NCBI GenBank assembly: GCA_964486995.1
Contig: CAZAOV010000019.1
Location: forward strand, 1 to 21,538
Source of the DNA: an uncultured Gammaproteobacteria bacterium
GTDB taxonomy: Bacteria > Patescibacteriota > Patescibacteriia > SG8-24
DNA: 21,538 nt
Direction: 5' to 3'
In this document: positions 1-8,182 of the stretch, one piece after another
Position numbering within the stretch: the stretch's first letter is position 1
How the letters are laid out: every line of letters starts with the position of its first letter
Position numbers and translations under genes: made by a program
Notes under the pieces: model-generated
What the model was told of the DNA's origin: nothing
Database searches by the model: none
What the model saw: the letters and a program-made list of their open reading frames with translations, nothing else

Positions 1-106
1 TACCAGAACTTCGCCACCTTTTCAAGCGCTAAGGCCACATCTTTTGACTCAAAGCCCTCTCAATGATATTTTGAATAACTGTTCTTTAGATAAGGAGAAG
101 CTGGTT

Positions 107-871
107 ATGGAGATACTGTTCGCAAGTTGCTTGCTGTTCGCACTTGGCTACGTGGCGCGTGATTTTTTCGGTGACTGTACGGGCTCAGGGGACAGGGAGG
201 AGCACGAACAGCCAGCCCTGCCTCCTCCCACCGAGCGCGTGCCGATGTTGCCTCCGTCTGTGCGGGTCGACGCGATTGTGCCAGTATATCACGGCGGTCC
301 ATATCGGACGCAGGATGAGCACGAGGATGAAGATCTATCGCAACTGCCAGCCCACAATTACATCTCTTTTCAGAATTTTTTTCGTTATTGCCAGGCTAAC
401 GGAATGCCAGAATGTCCGGCGGACGATGTGGATTTCGTGAATGTGGCTAGGGAGGTAGGTTTTGGCGAAGCTCGAGAGTTGGCTGATTTGCTCGCTCAGG
501 AAATTCTCAGCCGGTTCAAAAAAGATGAAGACGAGCCGGTACTGATTGAGCAACTGACCATGTCGCAAGCGCTCATTCAGGCGGTAGCAGTGCGGAATTG
601 TACGCTTGATGCCGATTTGCTTGTCGAAACCCTGCAGCTTACTACCTGGAGTGAAGCGAGATACGTTTTGCTTCGCGCAATTGGGGGAGTCTGGCCTGTG
701 AGTCCGAGGGTGATTCTGGCCGTGGCCAAAATGCAGGAATATCGGCAGGCCAATGCGTTGGCATCGACCGAGGCAATCACTGGCACGGCCAAAGAAATCA
801 TCGGTCGTTGGCGCAAACGTGATCCGGAAGGCTATCGCGATCTCTCGCGGCAGCTGTTGCGCGATGTATAA
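107..871 (+). CDS. Hypothetical protein with an N-terminal hydrophobic anchor. The start is more likely the internal ATG at 107 than 44.
   Basis: The ORF is 44..871. The ATG at 107 (MEILFASCLLFALGY...) is preceded by AAGGAG about 12 nt upstream. A hydrophobic N-terminal segment is followed by an acidic region. I recognise no family motif. A stem-loop plus T-run follows at 885-908. Confidence 0.5.
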   Translation: MEILFASCLLFALGYVARDFFGDCTGSGDREEHEQPALPPPTERVPMLPPSVRVDAIVPVYHGGPYRTQDEHEDEDLSQLPAHNYISFQNFFRYCQANGMPECPADDVDFVNVAREVGFGEARELADLLAQEILSRFKKDEDEPVLIEQLTMSQALIQAVAVRNCTLDADLLVETLQLTTWSEARYVLLRAIGGVWPVSPRVILAVAKMQEYRQANALASTEAITGTAKEIIGRWRKRDPEGYRDLSRQLLRDV

Positions 872-884
872 TTTTTTAGGAGAC

Positions 885-908
885 GCATCACGCGTCTTTT
901 TTATTGGT
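885..908 (+). terminator. Intrinsic terminator after ORF 107..871
   Basis: AGACGC-atca-(c)GCGTCT hairpin followed by TTTTTT. Confidence 0.55.
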
Positions 909-926
909 GCTCATCAATAGCTGTAC

Positions 927-1115
927 ATGATAGACTGTTATCGGAGGTGTGATTTGAGAATTGAATTAGTATTTCGGTTGGTTCTTGGGCTGTTGCTCGT
1001 TGGCGGCGGTGTCGCACTGTTCTTTTTCAATTTGATGGCGTATGGATTTTTTGCTTTCGTATTCGGTTTGGGTATCGCAGCGCATGCCCTGCTCGATTGG
1101 AACGATTATGAATGA
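927..1115 (+). CDS. Small hydrophobic (two-TM-like) hypothetical peptide
   Basis: The 62-aa ORF is rich in L/V/G/F stretches. There is an alternative TTG start after GGAGGTG. No homology is recognisable. It could be spurious. Confidence 0.25.
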   Translation: MIDCYRRCDLRIELVFRLVLGLLLVGGGVALFFFNLMAYGFFAFVFGLGIAAHALLDWNDYE

Positions 1116-1347
1116 TTAGGTGCGTTTTTTTGCCTGCGGTGGCGGTCGTTCAAAGAAGGTGGTCATGTGATTGCTGTTCAAAATCATCGTCGGATTGCTT
1201 TTCGATGATCTCCGCCCTGGGTTTTTTATCGGGCTCGTGGCTTTTCTAATTTTCGTAGATTAGTGCTCGCGGGGTGTTTTCAACCCTTTTTGTTTTTCGG
1301 ATTGACTGTGCCGCTTAGATACTATATATTGCCCTGCTGGAGGATAA

Positions 1348-1521
1348 ATGAAGAGCAGTTGGCCAATTAACGTGGTCGGTGCTATCATCGGCTTGGTTGC
1401 CTTGATGCTGGCCTTGGCCAACCTCCAGGTGCTGGCCGTTCTGATGCTCATTTTGGCACTGACAATAATTCTACTGCCGTATCGGCGGGGAGAAACCTTT
1501 CTCTATAGGAGGAAATCATGA
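1348..1521 (+). CDS. Small membrane peptide (57 aa), first of a translationally coupled pair
   Basis: GGAGGATAAATG gives a strong SD. The translation is MKSSWPINVVGAIIGLVALMLALANLQVLAVLMLILALTIILLPYRRGETFLYRRKS, a long hydrophobic span with a basic C-terminus. Its stop overlaps the next ATG (ATGA). The ORF track missed it (below 60 aa). Confidence 0.4.
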   Translation: MKSSWPINVVGAIIGLVALMLALANLQVLAVLMLILALTIILLPYRRGETFLYRRKS

Positions 1522-1667
1522 GACTGTGCCCTCGAAACATCGCACTTGGCGTGGCCGCGCTGGGTCTGCTGTGCAGCTTGATTGGCCTGCCCATCCTCGG
1601 AGTGCCGATGGTCGTGGCCGGAGTGGCGTTCTACTACTTCTGGCCGCGAAGGCGTCCGCGGCGATAG
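1518..1667 (+). CDS. Small membrane peptide (49 aa), second of the coupled pair
   Basis: AGGAGGAAATCATG gives a strong SD. The translation is MRLCPRNIALGVAALGLLCSLIGLPILGVPMVVAGVAFYYFWPRRRPRR, a hydrophobic core with an Arg-rich tail. A hairpin terminator follows. Confidence 0.4.
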   Translation: MRLCPRNIALGVAALGLLCSLIGLPILGVPMVVAGVAFYYFWPRRRPRR

Positions 1668-1683
1668 CGTATTCGTAACAAAA

Positions 1684-1708
1684 AGGAGCCAAGATTGGCT
1701 CCTATTTT
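1684..1708. terminator. Bidirectional intrinsic terminator between convergent genes
   Basis: GGAGCCAAGATTGGCTCC hairpin followed by TATTTTT, with an A-run on its 5' side. It sits between the + strand mini-ORFs and the stop of the - strand gene ending at 1714. Confidence 0.6.
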
Positions 1709-1713
1709 TATTA

Positions 1714-2331
1714 TTAGCTGCCTCGAATATAACCGCGGCGATCCGCATAGAAACGAACCGGCACGCAGTCATCGTCAAGGTGATGGAAGAACATAACGTC
1801 TTCGAGCGCTAGCGGAAAGCAGGTTCGAGTTGGGTGCCGCGCGATGTTGACCGTCAGGCCGCGAACTTGCACAGCCTTAGACTTCATTTCGCCAAGCACT
1901 CGTTCCGGATCGCTCAGGAAAATTCGCAGCGATTGCAATTCTTCGAAGACCGGAACGCCCAGATCGTTCGCCAGTGCAATCTCTTTGGATGTGCCACTGG
2001 AAATGACATAGTTCGGAATCGTGATGAGTGCCGATGCTAAGCCGCGAATAATGTCTCGGTCGCCAGATTGGTATACTGCCTCGCTCACGTCGGTGAGCTG
2101 CTCGAAGTGGGCAGTATTTTTGTGCGGCGTCACCGCTAGCACCGGTTGTGGCAACGGCGACTCCAGGTTATTGAGCGCCATTACCATCCGCGCGACGTTT
2201 TCAGCCATGTAGATGTTTTGCTTGATGCGCGCATGATCCGAGACCCAAATCCCGTCATCGCGCTGTCGAGCCGCATAATAGCTCCCGACAACCATAACCA
2301 CGCTAGATTCGCGCTTATTTTTCGGATTCAT
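1714..2331 (-). CDS. Hypothetical Rossmann-like protein, possibly of the SLOG, DprA/YpsA or nucleoside deoxyribosyltransferase fold. The family is uncertain.
   Basis: The start is trimmed to MNPKNKRESS, preceded by GGAGG with 6-nt spacing; the ORF track started it at 2355. The segment VVMVVGSYYAARQRDDGIWVSDHARIKQ resembles a glycine-rich nucleotide-binding beta-alpha unit. Confidence 0.45.
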   Translation of the reverse strand: MNPKNKRESSVVMVVGSYYAARQRDDGIWVSDHARIKQNIYMAENVARMVMALNNLESPLPQPVLAVTPHKNTAHFEQLTDVSEAVYQSGDRDIIRGLASALITIPNYVISSGTSKEIALANDLGVPVFEELQSLRIFLSDPERVLGEMKSKAVQVRGLTVNIARHPTRTCFPLALEDVMFFHHLDDDCVPVRFYADRRGYIRGS

Positions 2332-2504
2332 TTCTAACCTCCCAAAACTAGCCAAAGGAACACCGCCACCTTACAGCAAATATGATTTTTATTTATCCAC
2401 AGAATGGGTGCCAGGGACCGATTTGGGGATAAGTTATTCACATCTTGAGTGGGAAGATAAAAAATGCTAAAATTACACTAGATAAAACAAAAACTATTAA
2501 AAAT

Positions 2505-3734
2505 ATGAAAGCACGTGTGGCGTTTGGAACAGCTATTTTGTTCGGCATCTTTATGATGCCTGGGTTGGTCCACGCCACGCACGATGGCGCCGAAGCGGCG
2601 CTTTTTGAGTATCTGCAGGGCGAATGGGTGGATGTGGGCACTGCGGAATTCGAGCAGGCTGAGGTGGCGGACGTGAACAGCGATGATGAGATTGAGCTGG
2701 TGTTCGGAGCGATCTATGGCGAAGCTCCAGTGGTGCGCATCGCCAACTCCGAGCAGGAAACGTTATACGAGTTTGCCGCCTATGACCCGGGCATGCTGCG
2801 CGGGTTTGATTTTACGGTCGGAGATCTGGATGGTGATGGCACGCCAGAAATTATCACTGCGGCCGGTCCCGGCACTAACGGACATGTGCGAATCGTTGAT
2901 TGGCTGGGTCAGCCCAAGTTATTCCCAACCGGCATCTTTCCGTTTGGACAGGACAATCGTGGCGGCGCTTTCGTTGCCAGCGTCAACTTGTACGGCGACA
3001 GCACCGACGAGCTGCTCATCGGTTCGGGTTCTGGCTCGGACGCTCGTGTGCAGGTTTGGTCCGGGCTATACGGATTCATGGGTGAGTTCTCCGCATTCGA
3101 AGATTCCAAATACGGCGTGCGTGTAGTCGGTGCCGACCTGAACGGAGACGGTCGCGATGAAATTATCGTAGGTCAGGCGTTCGGCGGCGGTCATCTGCGC
3201 GTGTTCGAGGGCTTTACGTTCTCTCGGCTCACCGAGTTCGCTCCGTTCGGGGAAGACTTCGACGGCGGAATCAAAATCGATTCATTACATATGAACAATC
3301 CGGGCGTCGATGGTTTAGCGATACAGCGCGTTGGAGATTCCATCGCCAATCGACCGTGGTTGCCTCAGTACATCGTAATTGATATTTCGGAACAGCGACT
3401 TTACGCATATGAGTTTGGTCATCTGGCCAAGACGTTCTTGGTTTCGACCGGTCGCCATGATTTCCCGACACCGATCGGCGAATTTAGCGCACTTGCCAAG
3501 CCGGAGTTCGTCCACTACACGTGGTCATACGGCGAAGACCACCCGGAAAATTATGACCTAGGCGTGGTGCAGTACAACGTTCGTTTCTATCCGCATATCT
3601 ATATTCATTACGCACCTTGGCACAACAATTTCGGGCGCCGGATGAGTCATGGTTGCGTGAACGTGAATCGCACCAATGCCGAATGGATTTGGATATGGAC
3701 AGAAGTCGGCACACCAACAATAGTCAGGTGGTAG
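2505..3734 (+). CDS. Secreted L,D-transpeptidase (YkuD-type catalytic domain) with N-terminal FG-GAP-like repeats
   Basis: Start at MKARVAFGTAILFGIFMMPGLVHA, a signal peptide. Two FG-GAP signatures are present: GDLDGDGTPEIITAAGPG and ADLNGDGRDEIIVGQAFGGG. The C-terminal domain reads YIVIDISEQRLYAYEFGHLAKTFLVSTGRHDFPTPIGEF...RRMSHGCVNV, the Cys in SHGCVNV being the YkuD L,D-transpeptidase active-site motif. Confidence 0.8.
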   Translation: MKARVAFGTAILFGIFMMPGLVHATHDGAEAALFEYLQGEWVDVGTAEFEQAEVADVNSDDEIELVFGAIYGEAPVVRIANSEQETLYEFAAYDPGMLRGFDFTVGDLDGDGTPEIITAAGPGTNGHVRIVDWLGQPKLFPTGIFPFGQDNRGGAFVASVNLYGDSTDELLIGSGSGSDARVQVWSGLYGFMGEFSAFEDSKYGVRVVGADLNGDGRDEIIVGQAFGGGHLRVFEGFTFSRLTEFAPFGEDFDGGIKIDSLHMNNPGVDGLAIQRVGDSIANRPWLPQYIVIDISEQRLYAYEFGHLAKTFLVSTGRHDFPTPIGEFSALAKPEFVHYTWSYGEDHPENYDLGVVQYNVRFYPHIYIHYAPWHNNFGRRMSHGCVNVNRTNAEWIWIWTEVGTPTIVRW

Positions 3735-3736
3735 AT

Positions 3737-4102
3737 ATGGAAGGCACCGAAGCAAAACACAAAGCCGCAGAAGCCGCCAGGCAGGAGCAGGAAAAGAAGG
3801 CGGAAGCGTTGGAGTTGGACTTGGAATTTAAAGAGATGCCGATGGAGTTGGATGCGGAAATAAAAAAGGTTATGGCTGACTCTGAACGGGCGATGGAAGA
3901 TTTGGCGCATGGTGACGCCGCGGGTTTCATCGAACAGAGCCGGGAATTTGCAGGTAATACTTTCAAGGGCGCAGCCTGTTCGATTATCGAATCGATGTCG
4001 CCGGGCGCGGTATTCGCGGCGGCCATGGCCGAGCAGTGTTTGCAGGGCGACGAGCAGGAAAAAGACGATATTCGAAAACAAATCGAACAAAGCGATGACT
4101 GA
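3737..4102 (+). CDS. Acidic hypothetical protein (121 aa)
   Basis: The ATG at 3737 follows AGGTGGTAG immediately after the upstream stop. The N-terminal half is rich in E/K/A coiled-coil-like sequence. The stop overlaps the next start (ATGACTGA). Confidence 0.5.
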   Translation: MEGTEAKHKAAEAARQEQEKKAEALELDLEFKEMPMELDAEIKKVMADSERAMEDLAHGDAAGFIEQSREFAGNTFKGAACSIIESMSPGAVFAAAMAEQCLQGDEQEKDDIRKQIEQSDD

Positions 4103-4547
4103 GCAGCAGAAAAACATGGCTTTGGAGCAATTTCACGCCGTGGTGGACAGCTCGTGCTTGCCAGTTAAGGATAAGCAAAAACTAAAAAACATGGCGGCGC
4201 GCACCGGAATGACTGATGAGTTGTGGAAGCGGTTTGATGATTTGTTGGTCGCGCTGATAGAAGAGCGAGCACTGATTAAGGATCAGCACAAAGCAGAACT
4301 GGACGCAGAGGTCGCGCGCTATACCGCCGAATACGAAAGCGAAAAAAAGATCATCGACAACAAAATGCGTGACGATTTGGCGGCGCTGGGAGAGGCTGAT
4401 GAGTCTATCCGTACCGCGCTTTGGGGCGCCTACTACTCAAAACTTCAGCAGCTGCAGGATCGCCTGCTCGAGAATATCCGTCATACGTCCCAGACTACTC
4501 TGCAAGGAATGGCTTCAGTCATTAAAGCCAACCGAACAATGACCTAA
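4095..4547 (+). CDS. Hypothetical coiled-coil protein (150 aa)
   Basis: The start MTEQQKNMALEQ overlaps the previous stop by an ATGA-type 8-nt overlap, which suggests translational coupling. The sequence is rich in charged helix-forming residues. Confidence 0.5.
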   Translation: MTEQQKNMALEQFHAVVDSSCLPVKDKQKLKNMAARTGMTDELWKRFDDLLVALIEERALIKDQHKAELDAEVARYTAEYESEKKIIDNKMRDDLAALGEADESIRTALWGAYYSKLQQLQDRLLENIRHTSQTTLQGMASVIKANRTMT

Positions 4548-4667
4548 CTTTCGTGGCATGTTAGCATAACTGTAGCTGTAGAGGGGCCTGCCCTCGTCTG
4601 GATTGGCAAATGCTTGTTTCTGCGGGCAGAAGCGAGCTCAGCCGCTACCTATATATAAAGAAGGAAT

Positions 4668-5420
4668 ATGGAAAAAATATCTCCAATATTGAAATCACTC
4701 GGATTGCTGGACAGCGAAGTCAGCACTTATTTGGCTGCTCTCGAAAAAGGTCCGAGCACGGTGATTGATTTGACTAAGGCATCGAAGCTTTCGCGCCAAG
4801 CGACTTACACGGCGATTGAGATACTCACCGAGCGTGGGTTGATGTCTTCGGTATTGCGCGGCAAAAAGCGTTTTTATACCGCCGAGCCGCCAGAAAAGTT
4901 ATTGTCTTATGCCAAACGGAAAGACCAAGAACTGCACGAGCAAGTTAATGATTTAGAACGCGCTCTGCCCGAGCTGGAGCTGCAAATCGGCGGAGAGAAA
5001 CCGGTTGTAAAAGTTTTTGAAGGCAAAGAAGGCATCAAGACCATTATTCAGGATATTGAGACTGCAGCAGTAGATGAGTCGTTCGAGATTACAGATGTTG
5101 ATGCGATGTACCGTGTGCTTACACCAGAAGATTTAAAAGAGATGCGCGGCAAATTAAAGCGAAAGAAACGCCAGGTGTACGGTATTTACACCCCAAGTGA
5201 GGCGCCCAAGTCAGAAACCGTGACCAGCGAACAGGCGGTGCTGAGTGATGAAGAGATCGGATTTGATTCAAATATCGGAATCTACGGCAGTAAGGTAATG
5301 TTAGTTACGTTCCGCGGCAAGATGTATTCGGTGGTAATCGATTCCGAGCCTCTGGCCGAGGCGATGAAGATATTGTTTAAGCATGCCTACAATGATTTGA
5401 AGAAGCGAAAGAAAAGTTAA
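4668..5420 (+). CDS. TrmB-family transcriptional regulator (winged HTH), paralog 1
   Basis: AAGGAAT precedes the ATG. The N-terminus LGLLDSEVSTYLAALEKGPSTVIDLTKASKLSRQATYTAIEILTERGLM matches the TrmB-type HTH architecture. It is a 250-aa paralog of 10807..11559. Confidence 0.8.
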   Translation: MEKISPILKSLGLLDSEVSTYLAALEKGPSTVIDLTKASKLSRQATYTAIEILTERGLMSSVLRGKKRFYTAEPPEKLLSYAKRKDQELHEQVNDLERALPELELQIGGEKPVVKVFEGKEGIKTIIQDIETAAVDESFEITDVDAMYRVLTPEDLKEMRGKLKRKKRQVYGIYTPSEAPKSETVTSEQAVLSDEEIGFDSNIGIYGSKVMLVTFRGKMYSVVIDSEPLAEAMKILFKHAYNDLKKRKKS

Positions 5421-5443
5421 TGAGAAAATACGAGATAAAATAA

Positions 5444-5469
5444 GACACCGGTCAGCCGGTGTCTTTTGA
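5444..5469 (+). terminator. Intrinsic terminator after TrmB paralog 1
   Basis: AGACACCGGTCAGCCGGTGTCT perfect hairpin followed by TTTT. Confidence 0.7.
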
Positions 5470-6095
5470 AATAAAAAAGGGGCCTGCGCGAGAGTCGCGT
5501 GGTTCCCCTGTGGCGCTCAACCGTTACCCATGCTTCACCTCCTCTGGTCAGGTTGACTCACGAGCCGTCAGTTTTTTGTCGTTGACTGTCTATAGTCTTC
5601 GACCAAAAACGCATCGTTCTCACTCATCTCGTTCGTCATGGGCACCTCTTAATCGTTGGAGCTTGGTTGTTTCCCGTTTGTTGACGTTGACAAAATTTTG
5701 TGAGTCTGACCTGCTGGAGTGATGCTCGGGTTTTTTGAGCGGCGCTAAAAAAAAGTCATTCGATAAATATTTTACAGTCCGCCCACTAGCTGCCTCCTTT
5801 CATGGGTGATTTGTATTTGGGCATTTTCGCATTGCCCCGCCGCAGTCATCAATCATTATTGATATCTACGGCAGGGTAATGCTTTTTTGTCTCCGAGACT
5901 CCTCCATCTCATCGACTCTGTACTATAACATAGATTGGTAATTCTGTCAAGGGTTACAGGACATAGTTGTAAAACGCAGAAAAAGTTACAAATAATCTTG
6001 AAAAACGACAATCAAATACTGGACATTATCTAGTGATAATAGAGTTCATATTTGGCTAATTATAAATAATTATCTAAATTATGTCTAGGAAAGAC

Positions 6096-6124
6096 TTGAC
6101 ATATTTTAAAAACTGTGGTATAGT
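6096..6124 (+). promoter_or_regulatory. Near-consensus sigma70 promoter with an extended -10 and an upstream AT-rich UP-like tract
   Basis: -35 TTGACA (6096-6101), a 17-bp spacer, TGg, then -10 TATAGT (6119-6124). About 200 bp of very AT-rich DNA precedes it (5900-6095). The predicted TSS is near 6131. Confidence 0.65.
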
Positions 6125-6130
6125 CCAGCG

Positions 6131-6828
6131 TCGGAGGTTGAAACAAGCGAATCCGGCAAGCCTGCCAGCAGGCAGGCACAAGCGGAACATTAAAACTTAA
6201 TGTGAAAACAGGAAGGCTGATGACACAGAGTAAGTAGTAAAGATGTCGAATAGCGTTGTCAGGGTAGTAATCATTTCCCCGCACTATATAGGGAACCACA
6301 CCCGACCGCAACGTGAAAAGCATCAAACGAAAACTCGCCATGTCAGCCTGGGGAGGAGGCAGTCTTCCTTCCGCCATAGTTACGAAGAGCGATGGCTTCG
6401 TAGCTGAGGCGGGAGGAGTTGGCGCTCAACCTAGGTAGTCAGTATGCGTTCCGTAACGGTTTGACGCCGTTTCATACTCGAAACGTCGTCAGTGCGGGGT
6501 GGTCCGCGCGCAAACCCGGGAGTGATTTCCCGAAAGTCCAAGTAATTTCGCGGATTACTTGGAGGCCAAACCAGGCTCGAAAAAACCACCTTTCATTCAT
6601 GTGGTGGGTCAGGTTGCGCTTGCAACCTGACCCTCCTATCGGAGCGATCGAGCCGCAATTCGATATCTGCGACGGGAGGCTATTCATAATCGAATACAGT
6701 CATCGCACCACATTAGAGTCTTTCGGCTCGGCGCATGTATTTGCGATGGTCGATACGCATCGGAACAAAGAGAGATTTCGTAACGGCGTCAGCCAACTCA
6801 TAAACAGAAACCTGGTTCGGAGGGGTTA
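6131..6828 (+). ncRNA. Candidate highly structured non-coding RNA or long 5' leader of unknown family, transcribed from the strong promoter
   Basis: About 700 nt carry no convincing ORF but many perfect hairpins: GCCTGC/GCAGGC at 6161-6177, GACGcCGTTTC/GAAACGtCGTC at 6462-6490, CCAAGTAAT/ATTACTTGG at 6537-6561, and a 12-bp GGGTCAGGTTGC-GCTT-GCAACCTGACCC at 6608-6635. GGAGG with 5-nt spacing lies at its 3' end, before ORF 6829. Confidence 0.3.
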
Positions 6829-7095
6829 ATGAATTTGGTTAAGTTGGACGGTCTGCCCGAGAAGCATCTCGTTGAGGTGGCTCAGGCGAACTACGCGACG
6901 GTTCAGCGCTTGTATCCCGTCAGGGAAGCGCGGGAGATGTTGCGCAACGAAGGCGACTGCGGTGATTTCGGCGGCTATCGGCTCGTCGATACGCAGCCGG
7001 CGCGTCACAAGTGTTCGTGTCATGTGTGCCGTCGCTGGCGCAAGTCGCAGAAGCGCGACCGTCGTGCTGAGAGGAGATTCGATATGCCCGGTTAA
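6829..7095 (+). CDS. Small hypothetical protein (88 aa) with a Cys/His cluster and an Arg-rich tail
   Basis: GGAGGGGTTAATG gives a good SD. The protein contains HKCSCHVCRRW followed by RKSQKRDRRAERR. It lies in a GC-rich segment. Confidence 0.45.
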   Translation: MNLVKLDGLPEKHLVEVAQANYATVQRLYPVREAREMLRNEGDCGDFGGYRLVDTQPARHKCSCHVCRRWRKSQKRDRRAERRFDMPG

Positions 7096-7097
7096 CT

Positions 7098-7313
7098 ATG
7101 CAAGTAGTTACTCATCGTGTGAAGAAGTCTCGTCGCTGCCGTTGCAAGGGTGGCATGGCGCGTGAAATGCGGGCTCTTCGGAGCAGCGCGCACCGTCGTC
7201 ACCGACGTTCTGCAGCGGAAGCCTGCAAGATGATCGTTCGGGGAGCTGACCCCGACACCGCTTTCGGGCGTGTGGCCGTCGGTGGCTATGTCACCGAGCG
7301 GGACATCATCTAG
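7098..7313 (+). CDS. Small Arg-rich hypothetical protein (71 aa)
   Basis: The ATG is 2 nt after the upstream stop, which allows coupling. There is no own SD. The protein is very basic (RRCRCKGG, HRRHRR). GC-rich frames here can produce spurious ORFs. Confidence 0.3.
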   Translation: MQVVTHRVKKSRRCRCKGGMAREMRALRSSAHRRHRRSAAEACKMIVRGADPDTAFGRVAVGGYVTERDII

Positions 7314-7558
7314 TGATGAGGCCAGTTAGTTCCGGTTCGCAGGCGAATCGGTTGCGGTAAATCTCGACCGCATAAAACAACGAGTCGGCGTCACCTGCCG
7401 TGAGTGGTGCCCTGCCTCTTTATTTTTTTAAAGAAAGCGGGGTCCCGCCTTAACCGGCGGGAAGCCTTGGGGAAGCAGAGCCCCACTTGATAGCGGAATG
7501 ATTATTCCGCTCCTACCAGAGTTCCGAACTTGGTTCGGGACTGCGCTAGGAGGAATGC

Positions 7559-7954
7559 ATGAAAGCCACTTCGTTTTTCTCTCCGGTTCGTCGTGCAGAT
7601 TACTTCGATTACGTAATCGACCGCGGTATCCGTGTCCCGTTCAACCTGAGTCGGTTTCTTCCTGAGGGTCGGCGTGCGTTCGTTATGGTCATCCCGGTGA
7701 CCGGCGTTCGCTCCGAATGGATGGAAACGTCTGACAACGGTCGGTGGTGCTTCGGGCATACCTCCGGTTGGAACGGCAGCTATCACGACGCTTGGTATGA
7801 GCCTACTGTCTTCGTCTGGGCCTGCGGGTCCGGCAAGTTCAAGCGAGCTCGCAAGAAGTTACATGAGGCTGTCGCCCGCCACAGCGACGCAGAGCGGATT
7901 GATTCGAGCGTCGCTCGATACCGCGCCCGACTGCTTGTGCGTGAGGGTGACTGA
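7559..7954 (+). CDS. Hypothetical protein (131 aa)
   Basis: TAGGAGGAATGCATG gives a strong SD. A hairpin-dense leader precedes it and a terminator follows at 8071-8098. No family is recognised. Confidence 0.5.
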   Translation: MKATSFFSPVRRADYFDYVIDRGIRVPFNLSRFLPEGRRAFVMVIPVTGVRSEWMETSDNGRWCFGHTSGWNGSYHDAWYEPTVFVWACGSGKFKRARKKLHEAVARHSDAERIDSSVARYRARLLVREGD

Positions 7955-8070
7955 AGAAATGCATGCGCGATCGGGGCGGGGGAGTACCGCCTGGCATATG
8001 GACCCGTGGGATGTGCTGAGCGCGCTCCGGGATCAGGCCTGGGAGCATCGTTACATCAACTAGATTCGAA

Positions 8071-8098
8071 ACCCCTCTCTGTTCGGAGAGGGGTTTTT
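8071..8098 (+). terminator. Intrinsic terminator
   Basis: CCCCTCTC-gttcg-GAGAGGGG hairpin followed by TTTTT. Confidence 0.75.
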
Positions 8099-8182
8099 CT
8101 TATCAACAGTTGCGGGCAGACCTTCTATATATAAGTATATATGTGGGCCGTATGTGGCTCTGCTCATTAAAAGGGGTTCGAA

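Noticed and set aside
2683-3755. Multiple 60-150-aa ORFs inside the L,D-transpeptidase gene (both strands)
   Set aside because: Shadow ORFs. The sense frame has the FG-GAP and YkuD motifs.
3647-4178. Minus-strand ORFs 3647..4117, 3724..4026 and 3984..4178
   Set aside because: They are antisense to the two coupled acidic-protein genes, which have SDs and an ATGA overlap.
6131-6828. Identification as RNase P RNA, tmRNA, SRP RNA or cobalamin riboswitch
   Set aside because: Only short coincidental matches (GAAAGUCC, ACAGAAACCUGG, UUAAAACUUAAU, AGGGAA). There is no GGAAAGUCCGGGCU P4 strand, no tRNA-like ends or tag reading frame, no SRP domain IV motif, and no B12 box in the right context.
5459-6829. 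ORFs 5459..5722(+), 6060..6377(-), 6419..6829(+) and 6472..6687(-)
   Set aside because: They have no SD or irregular starts (TTG without RBS), odd composition, and lie in a hairpin-dense region behind a stable-RNA-like promoter. They are better explained as non-coding.
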